From positions 1,699 to 65,698 of the IMG/VR virus record IMGVR_UViG_2643221936_000002: DNA of 64,000 nt, one strand, 5' to 3'. This DNA is from a virus. Taxonomy: Duplodnaviria; Caudoviricetes. The notes under the pieces are model-generated. The model did no database searches and had not been told where the DNA came from. It saw only the letters and a program-made list of their open reading frames with translations. A program made the position numbers and the translations under genes. This document shows, piece by piece, positions 9,937-20,231 of this stretch (its first letter is position 1; the number at the start of each line of letters is the position of its first letter).

Positions 9937-10800
9937 TTACCCTTTGCCCGCCACTATACGGCGGAATGCTTCCTTCTCAGAAATCTCATCGGGATCATAG
10001 GTGTCTTGTAGAATTTTGGGATACTGTTCCGTTGACCTTGTTACCGCCCCTGTGTCGTCCCGACCCCTAACTTGAACGCTCCCATTCTCAAGCGCGGCTC
10101 CACTTACGCTCCTAATCTCATCGTTGGGGACGATGGAATGGCCAGGTTCCGCGTCGTAGGTCAACACGAGCTTCTGTGAGTGCGTCGCCGCCAAATGTGC
10201 TTCTATCTTGGCTTCGAAGTCATCGGCGAAAATATCTGAGTTTGGCTTCATGATCGTAATTTTGATCTCATTGATTTTCTTGAGATCAAAGAGTGCGTCG
10301 AGCCCTTCTCTACTTTGCACGATTGATATCTTGGCACTATTGTACTTCGAAAGTATATCAAGGTTTTGAGAAATATTTTGAAAGAACCTTAAGACGGAGT
10401 TTGAGGTTATTTGCTTTCCTTTAGAATACTGCTGAACATATATCTTGTGTTCCTTGGTATCGAATAAAAAGTAGAAGCTCGCGGCGTTGGGATACAAATT
10501 ATCAGGTATGCTAATTTCAGAAATCTGATTGGTCGTTGCTTCCTTCAGATTTGCAGCATCGAACCATGAGCCGTCCGTTTCTATCCTGGTAAAGGTTGTA
10601 ATAATTCCGGAGACTTCGTTCCCCTCTTCGCTCGATCTGTCGAGCAGCGATATCATGGCGTAGCGGTCGCCATGGATATTCACTGGAAGCTTCAATCGAT
10701 AAACGTCGTGTATGAAATCAGAATAGATTTTCGGTGAGTGTGGGTGAAGCCGGATGTTCACAATACCAACCGACACTTTAATTCTACGAGCCATGAACAT
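9937..10800 (-). CDS. DUF4747-like protein (candidate defence gene)
   Basis: VNIRLHPHSPKIY start, WFD, IPDNLYPN..FYFLF...H and KPNSD motifs recalled for DUF4747; low GC. Confidence 0.65.
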   Translation of the reverse strand: MFMARRIKVSVGIVNIRLHPHSPKIYSDFIHDVYRLKLPVNIHGDRYAMISLLDRSSEEGNEVSGIITTFTRIETDGSWFDAANLKEATTNQISEISIPDNLYPNAASFYFLFDTKEHKIYVQQYSKGKQITSNSVLRFFQNISQNLDILSKYNSAKISIVQSREGLDALFDLKKINEIKITIMKPNSDIFADDFEAKIEAHLAATHSQKLVLTYDAEPGHSIVPNDEIRSVSGAALENGSVQVRGRDDTGAVTRSTEQYPKILQDTYDPDEISEKEAFRRIVAGKG

Positions 10801-10954
10801 CCGCCCCCGCTGACTGATTTTGATTTCTACCTTAAGTCGTTCCTGTTGATAATGCTGACCTAAGGACGATCCACAGCAATTCTTTTGTTATTTGTCAGCC
10901 AGCTTTCTGGAATACTAGGGTATACCCTCGCGGAGGCCCGCCGTAGACAGCCAG

Positions 10955-11794
10955 ATGGCGTCCGCAAGGGTTGTTCCTTGCATCCGAACGCTCAAGTCTC
11001 CGAACGTGACCCAATCGGGCAGCTCGGAGATCGCAGTGCAACAACACCAAGTCACGCCAGCCCAAAAGACCAAATTAAAAAAGCAAGAAGAACGCCGCCG
11101 AAGCGAACGGCGGCAACGCGAAGACGAGTACCGCAGGCGCATCGAACGGCTCCGCCGCCAAATCGAAGAGGCGCTAAGACGCCGTCGACGTATGCTGTCG
11201 CTTTTCCTTCTGGCATTGCTCGCCATCCAGGAATCGATCTTAAAGGCATTTGTACGCTCGTTTACCTACCGTCCTGATCCAGACCCGGCGGACTGGACGC
11301 CAAGCCCAGAAAGCGACTTTGCCGCACAGACCGGCCATGACGATTATTGCGATGGTTATTCGTACGCTCAATGGACAAAAATGGTACATGAGCGTGGTAT
11401 CCGTGTCAGTCGGAAGGCCGAGCTTCAAGAAACCTGGAAGGCTGATCCAGAGCGCGAAAATTTCCCGCAGCGATATAAAGACTGGGGCTATCGTCCATAT
11501 CTCGGCGAGATAATGAACGACCTTTCCATAGCACGCTGGCAGTCCGACGCTCTCACCGCGCTCAAGCTCATGTCGCCAAGCGAGGTCCACAAATACCTGG
11601 ATGAGTCATATGCGGCCGACCCCGGCGACTTGCTGATGTGCCGTGCAGATTTGAGCGCTGACATAATAAAAAACTTCGAAAGAGCCGCGATCCAATGGGA
11701 AATCCGGAAGGCAAGAGAGGCCGAGGAAGCAAGGCAGGAAAAGGAATTATCGCGAAAAAGCAACAACGAGGACGGGAATCCCGAGCCCAAATGA
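10955..11794 (+). CDS. Hypothetical protein (Arg-rich coiled coil plus hydrophobic segment)
   Basis: 279-aa ORF; start uncertain. Confidence 0.55.
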   Translation: MASARVVPCIRTLKSPNVTQSGSSEIAVQQHQVTPAQKTKLKKQEERRRSERRQREDEYRRRIERLRRQIEEALRRRRRMLSLFLLALLAIQESILKAFVRSFTYRPDPDPADWTPSPESDFAAQTGHDDYCDGYSYAQWTKMVHERGIRVSRKAELQETWKADPERENFPQRYKDWGYRPYLGEIMNDLSIARWQSDALTALKLMSPSEVHKYLDESYAADPGDLLMCRADLSADIIKNFERAAIQWEIRKAREAEEARQEKELSRKSNNEDGNPEPK

Positions 11795-12002
11795 AGGGAT
11801 TTTTTAAGGGAATTCCTTGGCTGGAGGCCCTCAAAGTCGTCATTGCAAGGAATTCTCCAGAAAATCCTCTCCTCCAAAGGAATTTCGAATTATATTCCTA
11901 TAAATAGCATTTTATCGATAATTCCTTTGGAAACGTAGCCTATTGACGGAATAAAATTGCTCCCCTACCTATTCGCTGTCTACAACGAAAAGGAGCCTTG
12001 GC

Positions 12003-12317
12003 ATGTTGGATACAATTTATATCTCTGCAGACGTGATCCGGAACTCGATGCTCGACACCGGTGATGCGGTTGCTGCGTTTTCCCAGTGGAAGCCGAAGCC
12101 TGGAGAAACCGTCTTCCGCTATAAGAAGGCGGACATCCGCATCACCGCTGCGAGCGGCGCGATCTACCTGATGTCGGAGGCTGAGACGAGACAGCCGAAA
12201 ATTCCATTCACGCCGATCCCAGCAGCCGACATCGGGGCGATGGTGCGGTCAATGGCTGGCGCTGTGCAACCAGCCGAGATCAACCAGGTGCTGAGACTGC
12301 TGAACGGTGCGGCGTAA
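12003..12317 (+). CDS. Hypothetical protein
   Basis: AAGGAG RBS; TAATG coupling to the next gene. Confidence 0.65.
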   Translation: MLDTIYISADVIRNSMLDTGDAVAAFSQWKPKPGETVFRYKKADIRITAASGAIYLMSEAETRQPKIPFTPIPAADIGAMVRSMAGAVQPAEINQVLRLLNGAA

Positions 12318-12703
12318 TGGACGGAAATGCACCAAGGCTTGATGCGTACAACTCTACCTACATAGGCTTCTCGACTGCGGTATTGACCGCAGCGACCAAA
12401 GCGATGGAAGGCGACCCGAACGCACTGGACAATCAGTTGACGCGGGCGGGATTCGAAATCGAACGGGAGCGTGGGCGGTTCATCGTAATCATTCCCATAC
12501 ACGGCAATCCCAATTGCACGCACGCGGAAATCGGCGGTACAAAAGCAGAAATCTTTGCTTGGCTGTCGCAGCAGCCGGATTTGCCGCCGAAAAAGTATTT
12601 TGATCCGAACTTGGAACTCAGAGCAGCATCCGAGTCACTTCTAACGTCAATTCGCGAGAGAGTTCGCGGAGAACTTAAGAAAGATTCCTCTCCTCTTTGC
12701 TGA
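12317..12703 (+). CDS. Hypothetical protein
   Basis: Translationally coupled to 12003-12317. Confidence 0.6.
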   Translation: MDGNAPRLDAYNSTYIGFSTAVLTAATKAMEGDPNALDNQLTRAGFEIERERGRFIVIIPIHGNPNCTHAEIGGTKAEIFAWLSQQPDLPPKKYFDPNLELRAASESLLTSIRERVRGELKKDSSPLC

Positions 12704-14024
12704 ATTTCGGTTTCAATACCAGCTTTGGACCCGGTGACAGGTCTGATGAAGCTGGATCGGCGACAGGAGAGAACATCGAGCGGAGACGGTCACGTTCAAT
12801 GCCAGCCCGGAATGCCTCATCCTTCGCCGTGCGGGCTTGCTGCTCAGCCTCATAAAGCTTGCGCTCGGCTTCCAGCCGCTTGCGCTCGGCGTCCCTTGCT
12901 TTGTCGCGCCATCGTTCAATTTCTCCAGTGAAATCCTGCCGGACTTTTTCGACCAGCGTCGATTTCCGTAGATTGTCCCACACGGCCCGGAGACGACCGC
13001 CCCAGCCCACGTACCTGGCAGCATCCGCCATCGCTGCCTCTGCTTGTTCTAGTTCCTGTCTTACGCGATCCTGCGCAGCCATGGCGGCGGCAGTGGCTCT
13101 GCGCGCAGATTCCTGCATGCGAGCAGCGTCGGTGGCGATCTTGGCGGCGTCTGCCTGTATGGCGGCTGCATTCTCTTTTGCGTCAGCGAGCAGCGCCGAA
13201 GCTTGCCGTCGCGTCCGCTCGACGTAATTGTTTGCGTCCTGTTTCGTCTGCGCTACAAATTCGTCTCGTTTGGCATCCACGGATGCAGCACGCGCCAAGG
13301 ATTTTTTCAGCGCCTACGCCGCCTGAATCTCCGCTTGCCATTCGGCCCGCCGCAATCGACGGACCTGCGGCCCGATTCTGGTCAAGCCAGAGGGAGCGCC
13401 CACATGCTGGTGGTAATGATCCTGCCAATTACGCATAGCTGCACGGTACGCCTTGTCACCGCGCCTATTTAACATCTTTTCATCTTCACCTGGGCGAGGC
13501 CCTTCTGCAATTTCGGCGGTCTTTGCGATATGGCCGGGGTGAATCGCGGCCGCCTTCATCATCCTGTTCTCAGGCAGGATGTAGCAATGCAGGTGGCAAT
13601 AGCGCTCGTCGGTATGTCGAATTACTGAGACCAATTGAGAGCCGAACTGATCTTGCAGCCATTGGACCGTTCGACGTTCCCATTCTGCAACGTCGGCAGC
13701 TTTGGCGGGATCGGCTCGAATCTCCGCGACTTGATATGGGTGACTGGCAATGACAGTGGCAAGAGTTTGTTGCGTAGATCGGATCGCCCGCGTTTTACCA
13801 TTTTTCATGGTATCCTTCGCAGCCAATGCACGTTCATCGTGAAGCGCCCGCACATCTGAAATCGCCAGGCCGAAGACGATCTCTGGAGATGAAGGATTGG
13901 ACACATGGAAGCTGGCGTCTGGTCGGCGCTCTACCTCTCCAAAAATGAAGTCTGTGGACTGTCCATGCTGGTTTCCTTTTCTGGAAAAGGCCCCGAAATG
14001 GACGAACTGAAAACCGGCTCCCAT
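12675..14024 (-). pseudogene. Mob/Pre-type relaxase with coiled-coil C-terminus, in-frame TAG at 13314-13316
   Basis: FQFVHFGAFSRKG start and SVIRHTDERYCHLHCY 3H motif. ORFs 13314-14069 and 12675-13298 share a frame: ...EIQAA*ALKKSLARAAS. Confidence 0.8.
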
Positions 14025-14084
14025 TGATCCGTCCTCCTCTCGCTCAAATCGTAAACGCGGCAGATGCAAGAAACCAAACCATTG

Positions 14085-14140
14085 ATTTAGTGACAGACTA
14101 ATGCAATGCGCTTTGCTTTTTGCGTCTGCCCTGCCGGGTG
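14085..14140 (-). promoter_or_regulatory. Possible oriT upstream of the relaxase
   Basis: Position just upstream of mob; GCAAAGCGCATTGCATTAG loosely resembles nic sites. Mostly positional inference. Confidence 0.25.
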
Positions 14141-14221
14141 CCTCTTTCCAGAGAGGACGATTTCATCGAGAGCCCTTCGGCAGACCCCCTTCATGGTCGG
14201 GGTGGCCATCATGCGGATATG

Positions 14222-16054
14222 CTATGCAGCTATCCGAGGCCGTAGCACGGCAATTTCCTCATCGGATAGCCAGCGTCCAGGCATGATGATTTCGATCTGA
14301 CGTATCCATTCCGATGCCGAGTTTGCGGACGCCAACAGTTCTGCATCTGTTATTGCCTCTATCTCCGGGTACGAAGCCGAATAGTGCGCAGCGAGAGCCC
14401 GCACGTGGCGTGTGGCACCGTGGCAAACGGATTTGCGAAAGGCCTCTGCGGCCAATAATATGACGGCAGCGCGATCTTTTCTTGGAACTTGTGGCTCTTT
14501 TCCGAGTATCGGAGCCGTCGCTTCTAATTCTGTTGCCGTTTTCGAACCTTCGAAAATGTTCTCGCCAGGTTCTTGATGCGGTATCTGATCCATGTCGAGG
14601 ACAGTTGACCTACATCTGTGGACTTTATAGGCGTCCTCATTGGCTCTAGCGACTTGACTTGCTAAGGCTCTGTCCGCCGCCTTCAACGCATCACCCACGT
14701 TGGGAGCTTGTGCAAGTTCCCAATCTTGCCGAGCTTGAGATTTTAGCGCTTCAATCTGCCGAAAACGCTGTTGATCCTCGTTACTCGTTGCATCGGGCTT
14801 ATAGCGCTGCACCAAGATCATCGGCTCTGCGTAAGGCATGTGCCGCCATTGCGGCAGGGTTACGCCCAGGACGATATTTTGTGGCTTAGGGCTAGCCTCG
14901 CATCGTGTCTCAGGGCTGCCATCCACGGGAGTGGTTTCGTGCCGCCCGACATTTTGGGCATCAACAGGCTGCCTTGCTCTGCGCGTTTTCTTTACACGGC
15001 AATACTTGACGCGACCCATTACGTTTACACCTACGATCTTCTCACGTTTTTGAGATAGTTCGTGCAGGAACTCCGCGAAGCGGCCCATGGGCTGGCACAT
15101 TTTTAGTTCCTTGGTTTCGTGAAACAGCCAAAGAATTGCCTCGTCGGGGGCCGCTTTCAGCTCATTCGGTTTAAAGCAATATTTTACGAGTTCCTCTGCC
15201 TTTTGAATGACGCCGGTGTCTTTCCACAGGCCCTTGGCTCTGGAGTGCGTACCCTTCAGAAAGGATGTCCAAGCGTCGTCGTCAAGCTTACGATGCGGCC
15301 AAAAAAGAACATTGGCGTGAAGGTGGTACAGGATCGTGTCCTTGCCGTAACGGTCGGAGAGGGGCGTGCCGAGATCGCCGAAGAAATCGGGATGCTCCTC
15401 TCGGTAGCGCTCAGCGGCCTCATGATCACGCGCCTGTGCCGATGCCCTGGTAAATTCGATACCCCTAAACAAAACTTCGATATCGTATTTCCCACGCGCC
15501 CAACTCGACCACCTGGAAATCCGTCGTGACAGGGCTTGGATCGCTTCCCGAAGTGCGCCCCCTTCGACGATCAAATCCCCGGACGTGAAAACGGCATATC
15601 GATAATATTGCGAGTCCCGATTGTTCGCGATCATGTATTTAAGTGAATTCAAATATTTCCGCCGGTCTCGCGCAGCAACGGTCGGAAGGATGCGAATGGC
15701 GCGATATACTGGAAGTTCTTCCACCCGCTCAGAAACGGCACCTATGATGCTCAGATCGGAGGGACGGCGTGCTCGTTCGCCCATCCGCTCAAGCGCGTCC
15801 GCCATTTCCTCCGTCTGCCTGTTGAGCCTATCTGCGGCGACCCGCCTTTTTGCCCACTTGTCTATGTCGATTTCCCACCCAGTGTTCACCTGTAGAACAT
15901 CGAAGTGATCGAAGCCGTCGGGACCGATGACGCGATCACGCAGAGATTGCAGCGCAGAGTCAGATATGCTTTCGCGCGAAGAGTGTTGACATTTTTTTTG
16001 GAAAAAAGGGACTTCGTGTTCTTCGGGGGCTCTATATTCGAGCCCGACGGTCAC
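14222..16054 (-). CDS. HUH rolling-circle replication initiator-like protein
   Basis: Motif I YAVFTS, motif II YHLHANVLF, motif III ELVKYCFKP, in the expected order. Confidence 0.7.
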   Translation of the reverse strand: MTVGLEYRAPEEHEVPFFQKKCQHSSRESISDSALQSLRDRVIGPDGFDHFDVLQVNTGWEIDIDKWAKRRVAADRLNRQTEEMADALERMGERARRPSDLSIIGAVSERVEELPVYRAIRILPTVAARDRRKYLNSLKYMIANNRDSQYYRYAVFTSGDLIVEGGALREAIQALSRRISRWSSWARGKYDIEVLFRGIEFTRASAQARDHEAAERYREEHPDFFGDLGTPLSDRYGKDTILYHLHANVLFWPHRKLDDDAWTSFLKGTHSRAKGLWKDTGVIQKAEELVKYCFKPNELKAAPDEAILWLFHETKELKMCQPMGRFAEFLHELSQKREKIVGVNVMGRVKYCRVKKTRRARQPVDAQNVGRHETTPVDGSPETRCEASPKPQNIVLGVTLPQWRHMPYAEPMILVQRYKPDATSNEDQQRFRQIEALKSQARQDWELAQAPNVGDALKAADRALASQVARANEDAYKVHRCRSTVLDMDQIPHQEPGENIFEGSKTATELEATAPILGKEPQVPRKDRAAVILLAAEAFRKSVCHGATRHVRALAAHYSASYPEIEAITDAELLASANSASEWIRQIEIIMPGRWLSDEEIAVLRPRIAA

Positions 16055-16188
16055 TCAGCCGTCAATAGCAGCTTTACAATGTCACGATGATCGTTCACCA
16101 TTATCGAACATTCCTACAAGAAAACCGACAGAGGGCCGCTAACCCGTTGATGTCGGTTTTCTTATGTTCAGAGTAGATCAAACCGACG

Positions 16189-16632
16189 TCAACCGTTGAT
16201 TCGTATAAGCCCAAGAGTATCGTCGGGATCGAAGAGGTCAGCAAGGAACCGACTGTTAGCTGCGGCGTAAACCTTCCGCCATTTGTAGTCATCACCTAGG
16301 TCCATTTCCACAAGATAGCGCCGAATGACCTTGTCGAACATCCAACCCCTGAAGGCGGTCCGATTGCGCGCTGATTGGCTCATGAATGGGTCGATTTCGA
16401 TGCACTCGGGCGACCCACGATACGCCGAACTGCCCGTATCTATGGAAATCAGGACGATGGCAATTGTGGGATAGTCAGGTGAGGACCACCCTGAATAGGA
16501 GAGCGGCGATTTCCCTAAGCCGTTACAATCGAGCGCCCAATCAAATTGCGCCCCTGGCTCATGCCAGAGTTTATCTATCAACTTTGCTTCCGCTTCTCGA
16601 TTGAGCAAATGAGGGTTGTGAATTTCAGCCAT
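16189..16632 (-). CDS. Hypothetical protein
   Basis: ATG 16632 overlaps the upstream gene end; same strand as rep. Confidence 0.5.
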   Translation of the reverse strand: MAEIHNPHLLNREAEAKLIDKLWHEPGAQFDWALDCNGLGKSPLSYSGWSSPDYPTIAIVLISIDTGSSAYRGSPECIEIDPFMSQSARNRTAFRGWMFDKVIRRYLVEMDLGDDYKWRKVYAAANSRFLADLFDPDDTLGLIRING

Positions 16633-16918
16633 CGATATGCCCCCGCAGACTCGACAGAACCACTCTCGCCTGCACCACTTCCCGAAGTGCCTTGGCGAGT
16701 TCTTCGCCCTGACGCGTTTTGCGGTTAACATCCGAGTATTCTTTTGCTGACAGGCTGGTCGCGCCCGATGATTTGAACTCATTCCAAAAGGCCGCAAGCC
16801 ATTCTCTGAGTGGTATCAGTTCGCCAACGCCCTCTTCGATCAGGTTCTGTAATTTTCGTTCCACGCCATTCCTGCAAGGGATGCGCCTAGTCATTTCTAA
16901 AGTGTCTTTCAGTTCCAT
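16625..16918 (-). CDS. Hypothetical protein
   Basis: AAAGGA RBS; strong hairpin upstream (AAGCTTCGCTGAC/GTCAGCGGAAGCTT, about 16944-16974). Confidence 0.55.
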   Translation of the reverse strand: MELKDTLEMTRRIPCRNGVERKLQNLIEEGVGELIPLREWLAAFWNEFKSSGATSLSAKEYSDVNRKTRQGEELAKALREVVQARVVLSSLRGHIDG

Positions 16919-17121
16919 GGGCAGTCCTTTCCTGTTTTAAACAAAGCTTCGCTGACATCCGTCAGCGGAAGCTTCGCAAGGTGTTGATTTTCGGAGGTCG
17001 TTGAGGTCGCGAATGCGGCCTGCTCAATAAATGTTGCACCGCGCGACGGACGAGAGTTTCCGGTTGCGGGAAATCAGCGGTAGCCGAGTATTAGGCATAA
17101 GCCACTAGCTCGGCGTACCGC

Positions 17122-17457
17122 TCATGCGATTGCGGCTGTCTCTGCGTCCTCGTGGAGCCACGGGGCAAAGCGTGGCTGGTGTTTAGCCAGGATTTGCTTT
17201 TCCACATGTGACAGGAGAGGCCACAGGTCTTCCATTCTGGCCTTGAAATGCAGCAATTCGCTACCGTGTATCAGCGCGTCAACAATGATCGCGGACATGT
17301 CACACCGGAAATTCATGTGATCCTCACCCAACTGGTGCGCGGTCCATTGTTTGGAGGTGAAGAGCAACGAACAATTGGCCCCTCGCTTCGGAAGTGGGCG
17401 TGTTCGTGTCGCGGCTGGTGCTCGACGGTAAACTTCAACTTCTGTTGTATTTTTCAT
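17122..17457 (-). CDS. Hypothetical protein
   Basis: CAGGAG RBS before ATG 17457. Confidence 0.55.
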   Translation of the reverse strand: MKNTTEVEVYRRAPAATRTRPLPKRGANCSLLFTSKQWTAHQLGEDHMNFRCDMSAIIVDALIHGSELLHFKARMEDLWPLLSHVEKQILAKHQPRFAPWLHEDAETAAIA

Positions 17458-18049
17458 ATTATCTCCTGTTACATTATGGGTATGGGTGGTCGAATGGGGG
17501 CGCAAACGTGCGCCCTCCACAGCTTGCAGAATGCAAGGGAAGCACCATCAAACGGTGATTGAGCATTTGGTGAGGGGCGGCCCCTCAGCCAATATTTCGA
17601 CAGTCAGCTTCGGCGGGTAAGCCGAGGGTTTCCACATCCCGCCAACCGATAAGTGGCTGATGCGAATGTTATCGACGCTCTAGTGTTGACAGCGCGTCCG
17701 TCGTCGATGACCAAAATTTGGGCTAAACCCTACTAGGACGCAAGAGAAATATTTGGATCAAAATTGCTGATAAGCTTGCAATGAGCCCTTGAATACAAGA
17801 TCATCATCTTCTACCGTAGAATTTAGTTCCAGTTATTCACTGTAAACTTGAAGTATGCGCAATATTATTTTTTGCCTTTTTGACATAGAATGAAAAAATG
17901 ATTTTGCAAGAAATAATCCATTTCGGAAAAATAAATTATTTTGCTTGCTGAACGCTTGAGCCTTGGCCCCAGAGCGGCGGTCTTTTGGTCCCGACACGAT
18001 GCAAGACGGCTGGCACCGTCGCAAGCACTGTCGACAAATGCGACCGGTA

Positions 18050-18150
18050 ACCGTCTCATTCGGGTATACCAAACCAAGACGATCAGGCGAGACACGTTTC
18101 TCGTCTTGTTAGGGTTTACTTCTGTTTTTTGAGACAGCAGACTTACAGGG
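18050..18150. promoter_or_regulatory. Probable res site of the serine resolvase
   Basis: GTCTCA/TGAGAC and CAAGACGA/TCGTCTTG inverted half-sites directly upstream of the resolvase. Confidence 0.4.
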
Positions 18151-18175
18151 TCTAGAACCTAGCAAGGCAGAATAC

Positions 18176-18724
18176 ATGACAGGACAGCTCTTTGGGTACG
18201 CGCGCGTATCGACAACGGACCAAGACCTCTCCATTCAAATCGCTGCGCTGAAAGCGGCGGGATGCACTATCGTCCGCGCGGAGAAAAGGACGGGTACCAC
18301 AACAGATGGTCGCGACGAACTCCGGACCTTGATTGATTTCGCACGAAAGGGTGACGGCATCGTTGTCACAAGGATCGACCGCTTGGCGCGATCCATCGCC
18401 GACCTGGCCGCGATAGTCAAAGAACTGGAGATGCGCGGGGTCGCGCTGAAAGCCACAGAGCAACCCATTGACACGTCCTCAGCAGCCGGAAGGGCGTTTC
18501 TCCAGATGCTTGGAGTATTCGCTGAATTCGAGACCTCTATCCGCCGTGAAAGACAGATGGAAGGTATCGCAAAAGCGAAGGCGGAAGGAGCATATAAGGG
18601 GCGTAAGCCCTCTATAGATGCAGAGCGAGTTCTTGGACTGGTGGCGGAAGGCAAGGGCGCTTCTGAGATTGCAAAGGTGCTTGGCATTGGTCGGGCGAGT
18701 GTTTACCGAGTTATTCGGGCTTGA
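18176..18724 (+). CDS. Small serine recombinase (resolvase/invertase)
   Basis: GYARVSTTDQ, VTRIDRLARS, FAEFE...IRRERQMEGI, YKGRKP and C-terminal HTH. Confidence 0.95.
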   Translation: MTGQLFGYARVSTTDQDLSIQIAALKAAGCTIVRAEKRTGTTTDGRDELRTLIDFARKGDGIVVTRIDRLARSIADLAAIVKELEMRGVALKATEQPIDTSSAAGRAFLQMLGVFAEFETSIRRERQMEGIAKAKAEGAYKGRKPSIDAERVLGLVAEGKGASEIAKVLGIGRASVYRVIRA

Positions 18725-19019
18725 AGATTTTCGGAGCGCAGATCATAACCACAGTTTCGGCAGAGGTTTCCGTCAAGCATTTCCTCGGCGATGCTACAGT
18801 TCTTCAGGTCGAGTTGCTTGTCCCGATTTGATCGCTGCGTAAATCCTCTTCCATGTACCGGACAGTGAATGATACCTTCTGGCACAGCAGCCAGGTCATC
18901 CCCGGATGTCGGGTTGTGGAAGTAACGGAAGGCTTTGCCCAATGGTTTAGGCTGGCGTCACGTCGTCGGACGCCAAGCCGATTAAGTTTTTTCCGATGAA
19001 ACTAATCGCTTCATGTTCA

Positions 19020-19796
19020 CTATTTTGTAGGAATTGCTTTCCACTCGTCGTGAGTTACTTGGTGGAAAATTCCCCTAAACACCACCGTTTTTCCGTTCTG
19101 GGGCGTTAACTTTAATTTCATCGGCATCTTGGGCGTGATGGCCCCTCCCAATGGGGCAACGGCTACTCCGTTTACAACTTCACCGTTTTCCATCGTAATC
19201 CCTTTGTTGAATCCCCCCCGGTGCGGCTGTCCTCCGTTCAGGTCAATTTTAACCTCCCCCTCGTCATTGTTCAAAAGAACAAGGAACGTAGGGTTCGGCT
19301 CCATGAGGTGAGAAGCCGAAATCACGATGTCCATTTCAACTGCCGGATTACCTGAATATTTATAGGTGAGATTAGAGAAGCCCATGTGCTGCGGGGTGAA
19401 CGTGTTGTTACCCTGGATGACGTTCACGATCTGAACGATTGCTCCTTCAATCCCATTGGCGAACATATCAATGTAGACATTCTGAAGCAGGACAGGCGGC
19501 ATGGTGGAGCCATCCACGCGAACCGGAATGATCTTGCACTCGCCCTTGGTCGCCTTATAGAGCGCATTCTGCCATTCGAGCTTGACCATGTTGCTCAGAA
19601 GGCTCTTTTCCGAAACAAAGAAAAACACAAAATTCGGTGAAGTCAGTCCTTCATTCATCTTATCAATGATCCCGTCACCGGGTTGAATTGACCAACTGTC
19701 GTAAAATACCTTGTCTTGCCCAAAAATTTCGCGGAGCCGAAGTGCAACCGGCTCGATGACAGGTTTGTCTGCGTGGTTATGACTTAAAAAGATCAT
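19020..19796 (-). CDS. TIR-domain protein (candidate anti-phage)
   Basis: MIFLSHNHADK...VFYDSWSIQPGD...SNMVKLEW (catalytic-position Glu)...IIPVRVD; low GC. Confidence 0.85.
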   Translation of the reverse strand: MIFLSHNHADKPVIEPVALRLREIFGQDKVFYDSWSIQPGDGIIDKMNEGLTSPNFVFFFVSEKSLLSNMVKLEWQNALYKATKGECKIIPVRVDGSTMPPVLLQNVYIDMFANGIEGAIVQIVNVIQGNNTFTPQHMGFSNLTYKYSGNPAVEMDIVISASHLMEPNPTFLVLLNNDEGEVKIDLNGGQPHRGGFNKGITMENGEVVNGVAVAPLGGAITPKMPMKLKLTPQNGKTVVFRGIFHQVTHDEWKAIPTK

Positions 19797-20231
19797 TTAG
19801 GTGCCTTCCAAAATTGTTCCGGAGAGATAATAGTTCACGTTCAAAAGTTCAACTATGAGTTCCGGACCTCGGACCCACCAAGATCACCCGCAAGCTTGGC
19901 AAGCTTTTGGCCTTGGGTGCGGCTGAAGCCGTCCGGGCGCTGAATCGCAGCTCCACGACGGATGCGGCTTGCTGGCCAAACCGGATATCCTGTCTCGGAT
20001 TGCCGCTGCTGCCTTGCATTTTGATCAACACGGAAGGCGCAGGGGCTGGACAATCTGTTCCTTCTGGGTGGCAAGCTGTTGGGCCTGCAGGATTGCCCTT
20101 CGGTCATTGGCTCAGCCCCTTGCCGCTGCCTTCGGACTTGCACACCCCCCCACCTCATTGCCGGTGGGCTAGTCCGGGGCAGGCACAAGGGCACGGCCTT
20201 CAGCCTTTTCTCCCTTCTGTCTGCCCCGGTT

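Noticed and set aside
18703-18942. 79-aa Cys/His ORF downstream of the TIR gene as a defence partner
   Set aside because: TTG start without a clear RBS, overlaps the resolvase end, and no recognisable family; possibly a remnant.
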